A stretch of 64,000 bases of DNA from Chiloscyllium plagiosum (taxonomy: Eukaryota): positions 40,962,256 to 41,026,255 of the forward strand of contig NC_057732.1 of the NCBI RefSeq assembly GCF_004010195.1, in the 5' to 3' direction. A program made the translations under genes and the position numbers. The notes under the pieces are model-generated. The model was not told where the DNA came from and did no database searches. It saw only the letters and a program-made list of their open reading frames with translations. Each line of letters starts with the position of its first letter. Positions within the stretch are counted from its first letter, which is position 1. Shown piece by piece: positions 37,148-49,050 of this stretch.

Positions 37148-40100
37148 TGCTTAGAATCATCTCTGACTACATTTCAAGAACACTTCATTGCTTGTAAGTG
37201 TTTTGATACAATCTCCGATCATGAAAGGTGCTGTACAAACCTTTCTGTTCCTTTCAAATGTAAGTCTTCCTTTTCCTGTCAACACTGAACTGTTGTATAT
37301 GTTATGTTACTGGTCTACAATGACAAGTTCATTAATTGTTCAATAAATTTGTTCTATAAAGTGTTGGCGCCTAAGTGAAAGTCTACAATTACTCCACCCA
37401 CCCATTTTCAAAGTAAGGATAATCAATTGAATTCATTGAATTGCAACAATTGCTGAGACAAATTGTAAAGGATTTTCTGTTCATTCCCAAGATGTGCTAG
37501 ACATTATCCTAGGTAAGTGAAAATATTCTCTGAAGCATATATAATTAGGGATTGCCCACAAAATAAATGGAAATGATAAAGGCAAAAATATCTCAAGCAA
37601 ATATGATAAGGAGATCCCTAAATTGGTACTAAAGGCTCCAGGTCATGTTCTAACTCGTGGAGCTTTTAGGTCACCTGTTTCTCTCTTTCCAAATTAGGAT
37701 TTTCTCTTTAAGGGTACAGCAGGTCATAGAATGCTCAGCTAAAAAGCTCTTTTATTTAACAAATCCTACAGAATATGTTGGCTGGTAGTTGACTTTTGCT
37801 ATTTTGACCACATTCTTGAAAAATGGCTGCATGCATTGCTTTAAGAAAGAACACACAAGGCCATTTTGACCTCCTAGTTTGTTTCAACTTTCCTCAGATG
37901 GTTTGCTGACTGTCTCAGGCAGGAACTCTCCAAACCCGTTCACAAGGTGCATAAGCAGGTGTTTTACATTTTTTTTGTTTAGCTCAGTCAGTTTGGAAAT
38001 TGTTTCAGGCAACAATCAGTGAAAAGGTTTTACGTCTCCTCATTGCATAGATAAAGATGGGGAGTCAGAGAGATAGCTGGTGTGGCAATAGAAAAAATAA
38101 TTTTTATGGCTAAGGCTAAGGAATCGGGATGAAAATCCAGTTTTCAAATATTAAAGGACAGAAGGATGCTTTGTATGAAATTGTTTTAGCCTTTACCTTA
38201 ACAGTAGCAGCAATAATCTTTAGGTGACTACCTTTATTAGAACAAAATGAGAAGAGATCTCATATACGTGCATCAGTCTGAAGAATAGTGATTCGCTTTT
38301 TTTTGTACAATTCCATAAAAAAGTTACATTTAACTGTGCCCTATATTATTGCCCAAGTCTTTCTAATACAAAATCTCATGTTCCTTGTTATTGGAAATTT
38401 GATCCTTACCTTGACAAAATAAGTGAGAGTTGTCTGCACATTCTAAGCTAACACCAAGTTCATCATGCAGCTCTATGTTTAGCATGCACTTCATTTTAAA
38501 TTCAGTACACAGTACATTATTGGGTGGTAGATGTTGTTTCATGTTGGATATCTGTCAGCAAATTGGTCCTGTTCATGGTCAGAAGGCAATCTACAATACT
38601 GTAGGGCAACATCTGTCACGCATAACAGAGGACTGTACACTAATAGAAGGATTTAGATTCTATAAAGAGGCACACTGAGTATGATTCATAAAGGCATAGA
38701 AATAGGAGCAGGGGTAGACCATCCAGCTCTTCACCCTGCTCACCATGATCATGACTGATTATTCAACTGAGTACCCTCTGAATCAAACAACAATTTGAAC
38801 AAGGCAATGTTTAATTCATTGCTACACTGTTTAATGCAGTTTTGGGGACCCTGTGAAGGAAAGAAATAACAAATATAGATTTACTAGGATGGTGCCATGC
38901 AGTTAGGGCTTAGGATTCTGAGCAAAGGTTTCAGATTCTGGGCCAATTCCATTGAAGGAGCAGAGATGGCCATAGAAAATTTAATAAAAGTTAAATTTAT
39001 CAAAATCAGTTCAGGAATGAAAGATATTCTTGCTATATCATTCTTTGACTCTATGATTGATAGCTAGGGAAAGATTATTTTCTAGAGTTGGAGAGTCAGT
39101 GAAAAGGGATTATCAATTAAAATTGCCACTGAAGGAGATTTTCATCTAAGTTGAAAATTATGAGAGTACGTCCATAGCTGAGATAAAGCACATGGCAGTA
39201 GGATTGACCATCTCAGTAGGATTAACCATTGTACTTGTGGTTCTGTCCCCGCCACCAACACAGAAAGAGGTGGGGAGCTGAATCTAAGTTCCAAAGGTGT
39301 AGTCAAAATGAACATGTCTTGCATGCCAAAACCATACATATTGACAGCAGAAAAAGGGGCTGTTCTGTCGAGCATATCTGTGTTGGCTACAACCAATATC
39401 TAAATCAATAGGATCATTGGATGGACTGAAAATCAAACCCATCTGAAGTTCACTCAAGAACAAGATGTTTAGAATTATATACACAAGCAGGATTAAATAG
39501 ACAACGGACAAATATCATAAAACTTTTTTATTACAAGCTTGCATAAAAATTCCATTCCAAGAATAATTTCAGTTTTGAAATATCCCAACAAACTAGTGTC
39601 CAATTAAAGAGAATGAAGCCCTGGGGTACATTCACTGGTTGAGATTTACAGAACCATTAGCAGGATGCTGGCAGCACAATCGATTTCAATGATCTCTCGC
39701 TGCACCAAACTGCCAAAACCTGCCTGTTTAAGGTAAATTTATTCCTTTTTCAGAATTTAAGTGATTCATATACTGTTGGAGCTGGAAGGAAAATTTGCTG
39801 GCACCAATATTGAAAGCAGATTCTTTCTAAACATTTTCTAAATGCAGTACCCTCTTTCAATAAAAACAGCACAAATCAAAGGAGTCATATTACAAACACA
39901 GATGAAATATAGACAAAGTGTAGAAATTTATTCAAGGCCTAAATCTGTACTTTATTATGAAATAAAAGTACAGTCCATGGTTCATGGTCACTGAACTTCA
40001 GATATTAACTCTATTCTTTTCTTCATAGAAACAAAAGTGTTTCCATCAAATAAGAGAAATGGCAGGACAAAAATCTTAAAATTCAGTCCAATAATCATAA

Positions 40101-41029
40101 ACAAATGATGCCTCCTTTTTTGCTGAAAAAAAATCATTGTTTCCTTGTGCAATCAGCAAAAGCTGCCCAACTTTCAATCATTCAGTCAAAACATGAAACA
40201 ATTCTCACCAATACAGTCGTTATCAGCTTCAAGGTTAATGTTGTTTCTGAATTTTGCATAGAGCTGGACTATAAGATCTGATAACATCTGTTGAATTGCC
40301 TCCACATGGGCCTATTTAAGCCTGTTTTGTGTAATTGTGAATATAATACTGAACATTCCGTTCGTGAGTGAACTTCAGGTAGGATTGATTTTCAACTTAA
40401 CCAATGTTGGCCAGAAGCTGCTTACATATACAGACAGTATCTGTGAAATGAAGTTACCCAAATCTTAGCTGTTAGCTCGAGTCAGTTTGAGCCGGTTCAG
40501 CTCTGGGGGATGTCAAGTGTAGAGGGTCCCTTTGCAAAGGCCTGGAATAAAATTTTTCTTTGCTCTTGCTAGCATTTGAGTCGAGTCAATTTAATTTCCA
40601 TAACATAAACTAATAAAGATAGTGTTTAGTTGATACAGACTTGACTTTTGTCGTCTTTGTACTGAGCCAATAGCTGTTGTTGAGGGAAGCCACCAAGCAA
40701 TACCAGTGACTCCATTGATTTAGATATCAGTTGTTGGCAATACAGGTATAATGGACTAAATAGCCTCCTTCTGTGCTTCCAGACCTGCTGGGTTTCTCTA
40801 GCAATTTTTGTTGCTGTTTGTTTCAGATCTCTAGAATATGTGGTTCTTTGTTTTATTATGGTCCATGTGTATCAGGTGGGTTGTGGGTTAGTACTCATTC
40901 ATGCATCTCAGTTGGCTTTGTTTGAACCCAGTTTGAAAATGAACTTTTAACGTCCATCTTCCAAAATAGTGTTAAAAGTGAAGCACTCTCTGAGTTTTAA
41001 TTTTGCTGGTAGTGACCATGCAAGATAAA

Positions 41030-42133
41030 AGCAGGAAGCCTTGAACTTGCTCCATCATTCATTAAGAACATGGCTGATCTGTTAGTCTTTTGAATTTCAC
41101 ATTCCCATCTAGTCTAATAACCTCTGATTTCCACTGTTTAACTAGAATCTATCTATTTCAATAAAAAAATTAATGACCCCACCTCCACCTCCTTATGAGC
41201 AGTGAGTTCCAATGTCACACAACTCACAGAGCCAAAAAAAATCCTCACCTCATTCCTAAAATCATGACCTCTAATTATAAAACAGTGCCACTAATTCTGA
41301 ACTGATCCACAAGAGGAAATGCGCATTCCTTGTCCATCTTGTCAAGACCATTCTGGATCTAATATACTTCAATTAAGCCAACCCTCCCTCCTCTAAATTT
41401 GAGAGGAAATAAGCCAACCCTGTCCTAACTATCCTCACAAGCCAACCCACTCCTTCCAGGTATCAATCTACTAAAGATACTCTGAACCACCTCCAATGCA
41501 TTTACAACCTTCCTTAAGTAAGGAGACCAAATCCACATACAGCATTAAAGATTGAAGTATAATATTCTTCCTTTCATGTTCAATTTTTCTTGTAATAAAG
41601 GATAGCATCCCACAACGGTTTTGATTATTTGCTGTATCTACATACTGTCTTTTTGCGATTCATATATTAGAATACTCTGGATCTCAGAATTCTGTAGTCA
41701 TCCTCAATTCAAATAATATTCTCCTTTGTCATTCTTCATGAATAAGTGAAAAACCTCACATTTTCCCACTCCATCTACCAGATCACTAATTCACAATGTT
41801 CATTTCAAGAGCTGGTGCAGACATGATAGGCTGAATGACCTTCTTGTGCATTGCAAACTTCTACGGTTGTGAGATTTTTGCCCACTCACTCAAACTATTT
41901 ATAACCATCTATAAGCTCTTTATGTCTTCTTCACAGAGTACTTTCCTATAATTATGATGTCAGCAAATGTAGAAACCATGCCTTTGCTCTCCTCATCTAA
42001 GTTATTGATGTAATTATAAATGTTAAAGCCCCAGAACAGACCCCCGTGGGACACCAGTCATCACATTCTGCCAATCAGATAAAACTCATTTATGTATTCT
42101 TTCTATTTTTGCCAGCCAGCCAATCTTGTATCC
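41030..42133 (-). mobile_element. Old CR1 LINE fragment
   Basis: Homologous along its length to 35048-36130; decayed GVP.GSVLG at about 42030-42055. Confidence 0.7.
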
Positions 42134-42604
42134 GGGGGGGGGGGGGGGGGAGGTAGTCCTCACTGAAGTCCATGAAGGTACCTATCAATCACTGAGGTGC
42201 TGGCATTTCCTTCCTTCCACAATAAAACCTCACCCTGATTATCACCAATTCACTCCTTAATAAATCATCTAAAATAAAAATAAAGTATTACAGGTGCTGG
42301 GGATTTGAAATAAAAACAAAAAGTGCTGGAGAAACTCAGCAGATCTGACAGCATCTGCAGAGAGAGAAGCAGAGTTAACATATCAAGTCCAATGTGACCT
42401 TTCTTATTTAATGATCTCAATTCAACTCAGTTTGGCATAAGTGATCTCCTGCACAATGTATGTTGAACATGCAATAAGCTTTTCAAAAATAAATGAAGAT
42501 ATAAATAAGCCAAAACTTTCTTACTCAGTGTTGATTGTAAAGTACTTAGTTGCAGTGAATGCAGGTTAGAAAGTTGCATGTATTACAGTAATAGAGAGAG
42601 AGAG

Positions 42605-43160
42605 CCATAGAGTCATACAGCATAGAAATAGGCCCTTCAGCCCAACATGTTAATGTCAACCAACAAACATCAAACTACACTAATCCCATATACCTTCAGT
42701 TGGTCCATAGCCTACTATGCACTGCCATTTTAAGTACACATCCAGATATCTCTTAAATGTTGCAAGAATACCTGCCACCACCATTCTCTGAGGCAGCACG
42801 TTCCATATTTCTACCACCCTCTGGGTGAAAACCATTTTCTCCAATCTCCTCTAAACTTACTGATCACCTTTAACTTATGCCCTCTGGTCTCAGATATATC
42901 GGCCATGGGGAAAAGATTCCCATGATCTACTCTGTCTATGCCAGTTATAATTTTGTATATCTCAATCAGTTACCCCTTAGCCAAGTCTGCTCCAAGGAAA
43001 ACAAACTGTGCCTATCTGGTTTCTCTTCCTATTAGAGACGTTTCATCCCAGGCAACATCTGGTGCATCTCCTCTGCACCCTCTCCAGTGCAGTCACAGCC
43101 ATCCAATAATATGGTGACTAGAAATGCACACAGCATTCCAAATTGCCATAACCAATATTA
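42605..43160 (-). mobile_element. CR1 LINE 3' fragment
   Basis: catagagtcatacagcatagaaataggccc tail; homologous to 5478-6050. Confidence 0.8.
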
Positions 43161-43164
43161 TATA

Positions 43165-43292
43165 TTCCTGATGAAGGGTTCTTGCCCGATATGTCAATTC
43201 TCCTGCTCCTAGGATGCTGCCTGACCTGTTGTGCTTTTCCAGCACCATACTCTCGACTCTGACCTTCAGTATCTGTAGTCCTCACTTCCTCC
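43165..43292 (+). mobile_element. Penelope 3' terminal fragment with mutated hammerhead core
   Basis: ctgatgaagggttcttgcccgatatgtc; flanked by the direct repeats ccaatattatatatt and ccaatatcatatatt. Confidence 0.8.
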
Positions 43293-44239
43293 CAATATCA
43301 TATATTGTTCACTATTTTGTGATACAGATAATATTTACTACATATCCAGGTAATTTATTGTCTGCAATGATTGGAGTCACTGTGGTAAGATAAGGTGCCG
43401 CTTACGTCCCAGCTCTACTACGACTTTAAAGAATGGAAGGCTAAATGGTTATGATGAAGAGAATGAGGAGATGGCAGGAAAGTCAGTCAACAAAATATAT
43501 GGGTTTAAAATAGTTGCTGAAATACCAAAAAGAAGAAAATGAGAATTTATTTAGTGTAGCTCATTGCTGTTATCTGAGGTATCTGGCCTGAAATAACAGT
43601 GGAAGTAGTAGCAATAATAATTTGAAAGGGACATTGGATAATTTGAAAATGTAAAATATTCAGGGGAAAGAGCAGGGAATTAGAATTCATTCAACAGTTA
43701 TTTCAAAGAGCTGACTTAGGCACAAAGGGTTGAATGGCCTCCCTTTGTGCTCTGTAATTCTATGACTGGCCCTGGGACTAATACATTTGAAAAGTTCTCT
43801 TTCATGATTACTGAATTGCCTTTTTTAAATTAACTGTCCATTCAATACCATCTTACCCTCATAAGAACACTATATGCTAGACATTAGGAGACATCATAGA
43901 GCTTGCCTCAGTTGTAATCTACCGTACTTTCCTTGTTCTTTTATTGATTGCTCTAAACTCGATCTTAGGTTTCACTGCAATTGTTACTTATTGATAATAT
44001 AATTAGATCCAGACAAATACATGCCTTTTCCATCCATAGGCCTCCTGCAGATCCCACCTCAACCCATTAATAGCCGATTCCCATGCTCTTGTCCTGCCTT
44101 TAGACATTATGAACTCAATAGCTTTTATTAAAAGCTTGTATGTGAGAATATGAAAGGAACTGAGAAAGGTAATTAATAAGTGTCCATGAACATTGATCAC
44201 GTTGGTGTAAAATTCACATACTAAGTGCTCATAAAAGAT

Positions 44240-44495
44240 TTTGTGACAGCATTTTGATGAAGAGCAGGGGAGTTCTCCCTGGTTTTGCAGTCAACATTTA
44301 TCAATCAACTGACAACATTTTGAGAAGTGCCAATCTGGTGTTAATCCTCATTGCTGTTTACGGAATCTTGCTGTGTGTATATGGCTGGATTTCTCCAACA
44401 CTATGACAATGATCCCACTGCAAGAGTACTTCATTAGCTCTAAAGTACTTTGGGGAGTCTTAAGCGTGTGGAAGTTACTGGATAGGTGCAAATTT
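44240..44495 (+). mobile_element. Deu-domain SINE
   Basis: gaagagcaggggagttctccctgg...cattgctgtttacggaatcttgctgtgtg...gtacttcattagctctaaagtactttggg. Confidence 0.8.
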
Positions 44496-46439
44496 TCCTT
44501 TTTTCCTTCCTAAAAAGATATATGCAAAATAAGTAATAGAACCAATAAACTGTGCTTTAGAGACTGGAAAAATTAAGGCTTACAGTGAGAGAGTGGATAG
44601 ATAGGATTAATAAATGGAAAAGCAGCCATGCTTATTGGCATAATGACCTTAAGAGTTTCAAGAGAACAGAAGCAATTTACAAATGCAGTTGAGATACAGA
44701 AACCATGAAAAAATGTGTAAAATGATGTTACAAAGATAAACAACAGATAACATTTTCTACAAATTCCTAAACAATCAGAAGAAATCATTTCCAAGCCAAT
44801 GTTAAATTCCTCTGTGCACCTGGGCAATAAACAGCATCTCAATGACACTATTTTTGGAAGCATTTCAGACAGAGTTCAGTCCCTCAGGGGACAGCTGATA
44901 TATTTCCACAATAAAGTGCCTTAGGAGGTGCTGATCCTGTAATGTTGCTAGCTACAAAATTCTAGTTGTCAAATGTTCTATTAAAGACACGTATTTAAAA
45001 TATATTTTTCAATCTGGATTGTTAGTGTTCACAACAGGATAGTTCCCAACCAATACTCCAAAGCTCAGTGCTGCATTGAGTAGCTGACATCTAAATCTGT
45101 CTTTTGTTCTCAATCAGCAACATACTTTAATCCCAAAATCCAGTGGGCTGCCTCCCATGGTTTGACTGCAATGTGTTCATTCCATCTTTGAATACGTTTG
45201 CAAAGCAGTGAAGCAGTGCCTAACCTGCTACACATTGTGGGCTTTTCAGACTTCTGGCAGTCTCAATCCAATTCATAGAGATAACTTCTGCTCAGCATTA
45301 AATGATGATCGCACTCCAAAATATTGTAAGGATGGTGGAAATGTTAAATCTGATTTCACCGGAGTCCTAAGAAACAGGGACTAGAGCATACTGTTCTCAG
45401 AAAGTAGAAGCTTTGTTCTCTACTTCACTTTATGGCCTTTAGGGCATAGTGTTGTAATATTTTGAAATAAAATAAATAGTATTCACTTAAAGCTGCCAAA
45501 TAGAGCAACACCAGTAAATAAACTATAAGAAAAAGCAGGAAACTGAAATAACTCCACACAGGCCTGTATTCTGTCACCAAGTCATACATGTGGACATGTG
45601 GACAATCATTGACACTGATCTATCTCCCTCAGAGTCAGCTGTCAGAGTGAACAAAATGTGTGATACTCCTGTTTGTTTCTATTTTTTTTTCTTTAGACAA
45701 TACTGTTACAACACTCCTGTTTATTTTTTTCTTCTTTTTTTAACCCCCACACTACCGCCTAACTGCGGTAGTGCTTATTTTTGACACTCCTATTTATATC
45801 TGTCAGCCAGGGCTCACTGATTAGACCAGATTAACATCTCCCATGAGGGAATTCATATTTTATATGGTCCACTTGGCTAACCTTGTTACAGTCACTACAT
45901 CCCTCCCACTCTGAGTCGGAAGACATAGTCCAGTTCTTTTTTTTGTAGCTCCTCCTGGAGTGTTTAAGTACTGGATCAGTTGGATACTCCAACTCTACCT
46001 CTTAAATGGGCGGCATGTAACACACAGTAGACTGCCTCTTGTGCCTGGAGCATCTCAGAAGAAATTAATTCTCCTTTTCAGGCGGCAAAGGCAACAAGGC
46101 AACGATATACGCCATGCCATTCTCAGACTCCAAGGTATCTTTAATGCTTGACAGAGAGGAAGAACCCACGAGTTTTGAAGCAGTCAGAGAAACAGTCAAG
46201 CAGCCGGGCATGCTTGGCTCCCACACCATTTGCGAGTTTGCAGCTTTCATAGGGTCCAGGTGTTTTTTCAGGACCGTCGCACCTACCCAAACTTTGTACA
46301 TCACTGAACCTGATCTCACATCGATGATGCTTCTTACTCATGCAGGGCCATTCCCATGGTTCCTACACCAAACATCGTCCCCTGAAGTAAACCGTCTTTC
46401 TCGCTTAATGGAGTCTTGCGTCCGGCACTGGTACTCCTG

Positions 46440-46830
46440 ATGCTATTTCACCATCCCCCCAGGGCTGGGAAGATCTGACTTAACCTGGTGTTGACTCTTC
46501 TGGAGTTATCCTTGTATTGCATGAGGAGTGGTCCGATAATCAAATTGGAATTGGGACTGGTGGTAAGCGATGGCCGTTATCTGTGACTAACACTTCTGGG
46601 AGTCCACATACTGCAAAAGATAATGGCAATTTTTCTATTATCATCCCCATGTTTGATGAATGAGCTGTCTGCACATCTAGCCACTTTGAGTGGGCATCCA
46701 CAGTGACTAAGAACATTGAGCCCATGAAAGGACCTGCATGGATGACGTGTAATAGAGTCCAGAGTTTACCTGGATATGCCCATGAATGTGGGGAAGCTCC
46801 TGGCGGTAATGTCCTTTTTGGCACTTACGG
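46440..46830 (-). pseudogene. Gypsy integrase remnant
   Basis: HSWAYPGKLWTLLHVIHAGPFMGSMFLVTVDAHSKWLDV...GLPEVLVTDNG, an rve integrase core. Confidence 0.9.
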
Positions 46831-47046
46831 CACTGCCCGATCAATGCAGCTACATCTGCATCCAATCCTGGTCACCAGAAGTAACCTCTTACCAACATCT
46901 TCATTTTGGAAATCCCTGGATGACCCTGGTGGAGTTCAGCTTCAATCTAGCGGCCATTTTTACTTGGGACAATCACTCTTGCCCCCCATAATAATATGCT
47001 GTCCTCTACTGTGATATGGTCTCTCTGGGTCCAAAAAGGTTTCAAA

Positions 47047-47515
47047 ATTACTGTGGAAAAGGATATGGACGATATAGACTGTAGGGAAATAGATGATGAC
47101 ATCTTGCAAAAGGTCCATATTACAGAAGAGGAAGTGCTGGATGTCTTGAAACGGTTAAAGGTGGATAAATCCCCAGGACCTGATCAGGTGTACCCAAGAA
47201 CTCTGTGGGAAGCTAGAGAAGTGATTGCTGGGCAACCTTGCTAAGATATTTATGTCATCGATATTTATGTCACAGGTGAGATGCCTGAAGACTGGAGGTT
47301 GGCAAATGTGGTACCACTGTTTAAGAAGGGCGGTAAAGACAAGCCAGGGAACTATAGACCAGTGAGCCTGACTTCAGTGGTGGGCAAGTTGCTGGAGGGA
47401 TCCTGAGGGACAGGATGTACATGTATTTGGAAAGGCAAGGACTGATTAGGCATTTACATAAATGATTTGGATGCGAGCATAAGAGGTACAATTAGTAAGT
47501 TTGCAGATGACACCA
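47047..47515 (+). mobile_element. CR1 ORF2 internal fragment inserted in the Gypsy element
   Basis: Near-identical to 28885-29282 joined to 29607-29670 (internal deletion); TVEKDMDDIDCREID...KSPGPDQVYPRTLWEARE. Confidence 0.9.
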
Positions 47516-47599
47516 GCATCCACTGCACTCTGTGGCAATGAATTCCACAGGCCCACCACTCTCTGGCTGAAGAAGCAGGAGTTATAGAACAAATGTCAG

Positions 47600-47676
47600 G
47601 CCACCAGAGGTGGGATTTGAACCCACAATACTGGGGTTAGCAAATCAGCGCCATGTCCATTAGGCCATGGTGGGCC
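47600..47676 (-). pseudogene. tRNA-like sequence (tRNA-Arg-like pseudogene or SINE head)
   Basis: The reverse complement has TGGCCTAATGGA (A box/D arm) and GTGGG-TTCAAAT-CCCAC (T arm); the anticodon stem pairs poorly. Confidence 0.55.
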
Positions 47677-47689
47677 TAATGGGCCTAAA

Positions 47690-47900
47690 ACTCTTGAAAG
47701 GTTTTAGCATTTTGTACCTCAGGGAAAGTATGTCTCCTACTAATTGAGAAAGATGCGGCTCCACAAGCTGTCGGGAGAATTACTTGTTGCTTTCATCTGC
47801 CCCAATGTCATTTGCCCAGAAAAAACAACACATTCTTTCCACATTCTGGGCCCAGTCTTCGACAGCAGGATCAAATAAGCTTCCCAAATAAGAGCATGAT
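47690..47900 (-). pseudogene. Gypsy gag N-terminal remnant
   Basis: Frameshifted MLLFGKL..FDPAVEDWAQNVERM...ANDIGADE...ILPTACG directly downstream of the PBS. Confidence 0.7.
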
Positions 47901-48429
47901 GCCAAAAATACTTACCTCAACTCAAAGAGGACTATTGCAAGTGAATTTCTTCAGGAGTGTGCTTTTCTCTCGACGCCAGTGAAATAACTCTACATAGACT
48001 GGTATCTCATCAGTAAGTCACCCTTTAGTTACACATGGAGAGTCCTTGACACTGAACCAGCTTTCTCAGAGTGAACAGAACCTCTGACACTCTATATCTG
48101 TCAGCCAGGGCTTCCTGATTGGAGCAGATTAACAGCCCCAGTCAAAGAACTCATATTCTATGGCTGACCTCATTAGAATCACCACAGAAACATTGAATGA
48201 TTTCTTTGATTAAGGATCCATATTCTTTGCTCATGAATTCCAATTATTTCTAGCTGTTTTGAAATCCCAAAAAACTCACGCTTAGCCAAGAACCTCACAT
48301 TGGGCAACGTTCGCCTCAATAAACATAGACATTTTCAGTTAAAAAAGAACATGCGTTACAGTGTATTTTGTGATAAAAAAAATTTTCATCTAATATGAAA
48401 TTTCACTGCCAAGTGTCTGACTCTATTTG

Positions 48430-48632
48430 GAGGAGAAAGTGAGGTCTGCAGATGCTGGAGATCAGAGCTGAAAATGTGTTGCTGGAAAAGCGAAGCAGGC
48501 CAGGCAGCATCCAGGGAACAGGAGAATCGACGTTTCGGGCATGTTTCCTGAAGAAGGGCTTATGCCCGAAACGTCGATTCCCCTGTTCCCTGGATGCTGC
48601 CTGGCCTGCTGCGCTTTTCCAGCAACACATTT
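48430..48632. mobile_element. Young fold-back Penelope mini-element with intact hammerhead core
   Basis: 14-bp TSD TCTGACTCTATTTG (48416-48429, 48633-48646); inverted arms; CTGAAGA-A-GGGC-TTAT-GCCC-GAAACGTC at 48548-48575. Confidence 0.9.
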
Positions 48633-48719
48633 TCTGACTCTATTTGATGTGGAGAGAATGGTCATAGTTAGGAAAAAGCAGAAGGCAAGAAAATTCTGGT
48701 CCACCAGTCCTCCTAACAC

Positions 48720-49050
48720 CATTGATGTTTTAAAATTTATTTGTTTATGACATTACTGACCAGGCCTGCTTTTATGGCCTATCCCTAATAACCCAGAGGA
48801 CAGTCAAGAAACAACTACATTACTATGAGGCTGCCATCACATGTTGGTCAGATTAGGTAAGGATAACAGATTTCCTTCCTCATAGGACTTTAATGGACCA
48901 GGTGCTTTCATCATTGGGTTAAGTTTTTATTCCAGATTTTTATTGGATTCAAATCTAACCATCTGCCATAGTGGGATTTAAACTCGTATCCCCAGAACAT
49001 TAGCCAGGGGTTCCGCATTACCAATCCAGTGACATTACCTTTACACCAAG
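48720..49050 (-). mobile_element. tRNA-derived SINE
   Basis: Same family as 16645-17010; the reverse complement starts gtaaaggtaatgtcactgga with B box gagtttaaatccc. Confidence 0.7.

Larger units (their letters stand above)
45544..48186 (-). mobile_element. Gypsy LTR retrotransposon provirus, internally deleted
   Basis: 5' LTR at 48186-47980 and 3' LTR at 45899-45544 (both TGT...TTTCA); PBS TGGCGTCGAG at 47978-47969; polypurine tract at 45912-45900; 5-bp TSD GAAAC at 45539-45543 and 48187-48191. Confidence 0.9.

Noticed and set aside
42134-42152. Poly-G run (and poly-C at about 55915-55932) as functional G-quadruplex
   Set aside because: Simple homopolymers at repeat junctions; length is unreliable and there is no functional context.
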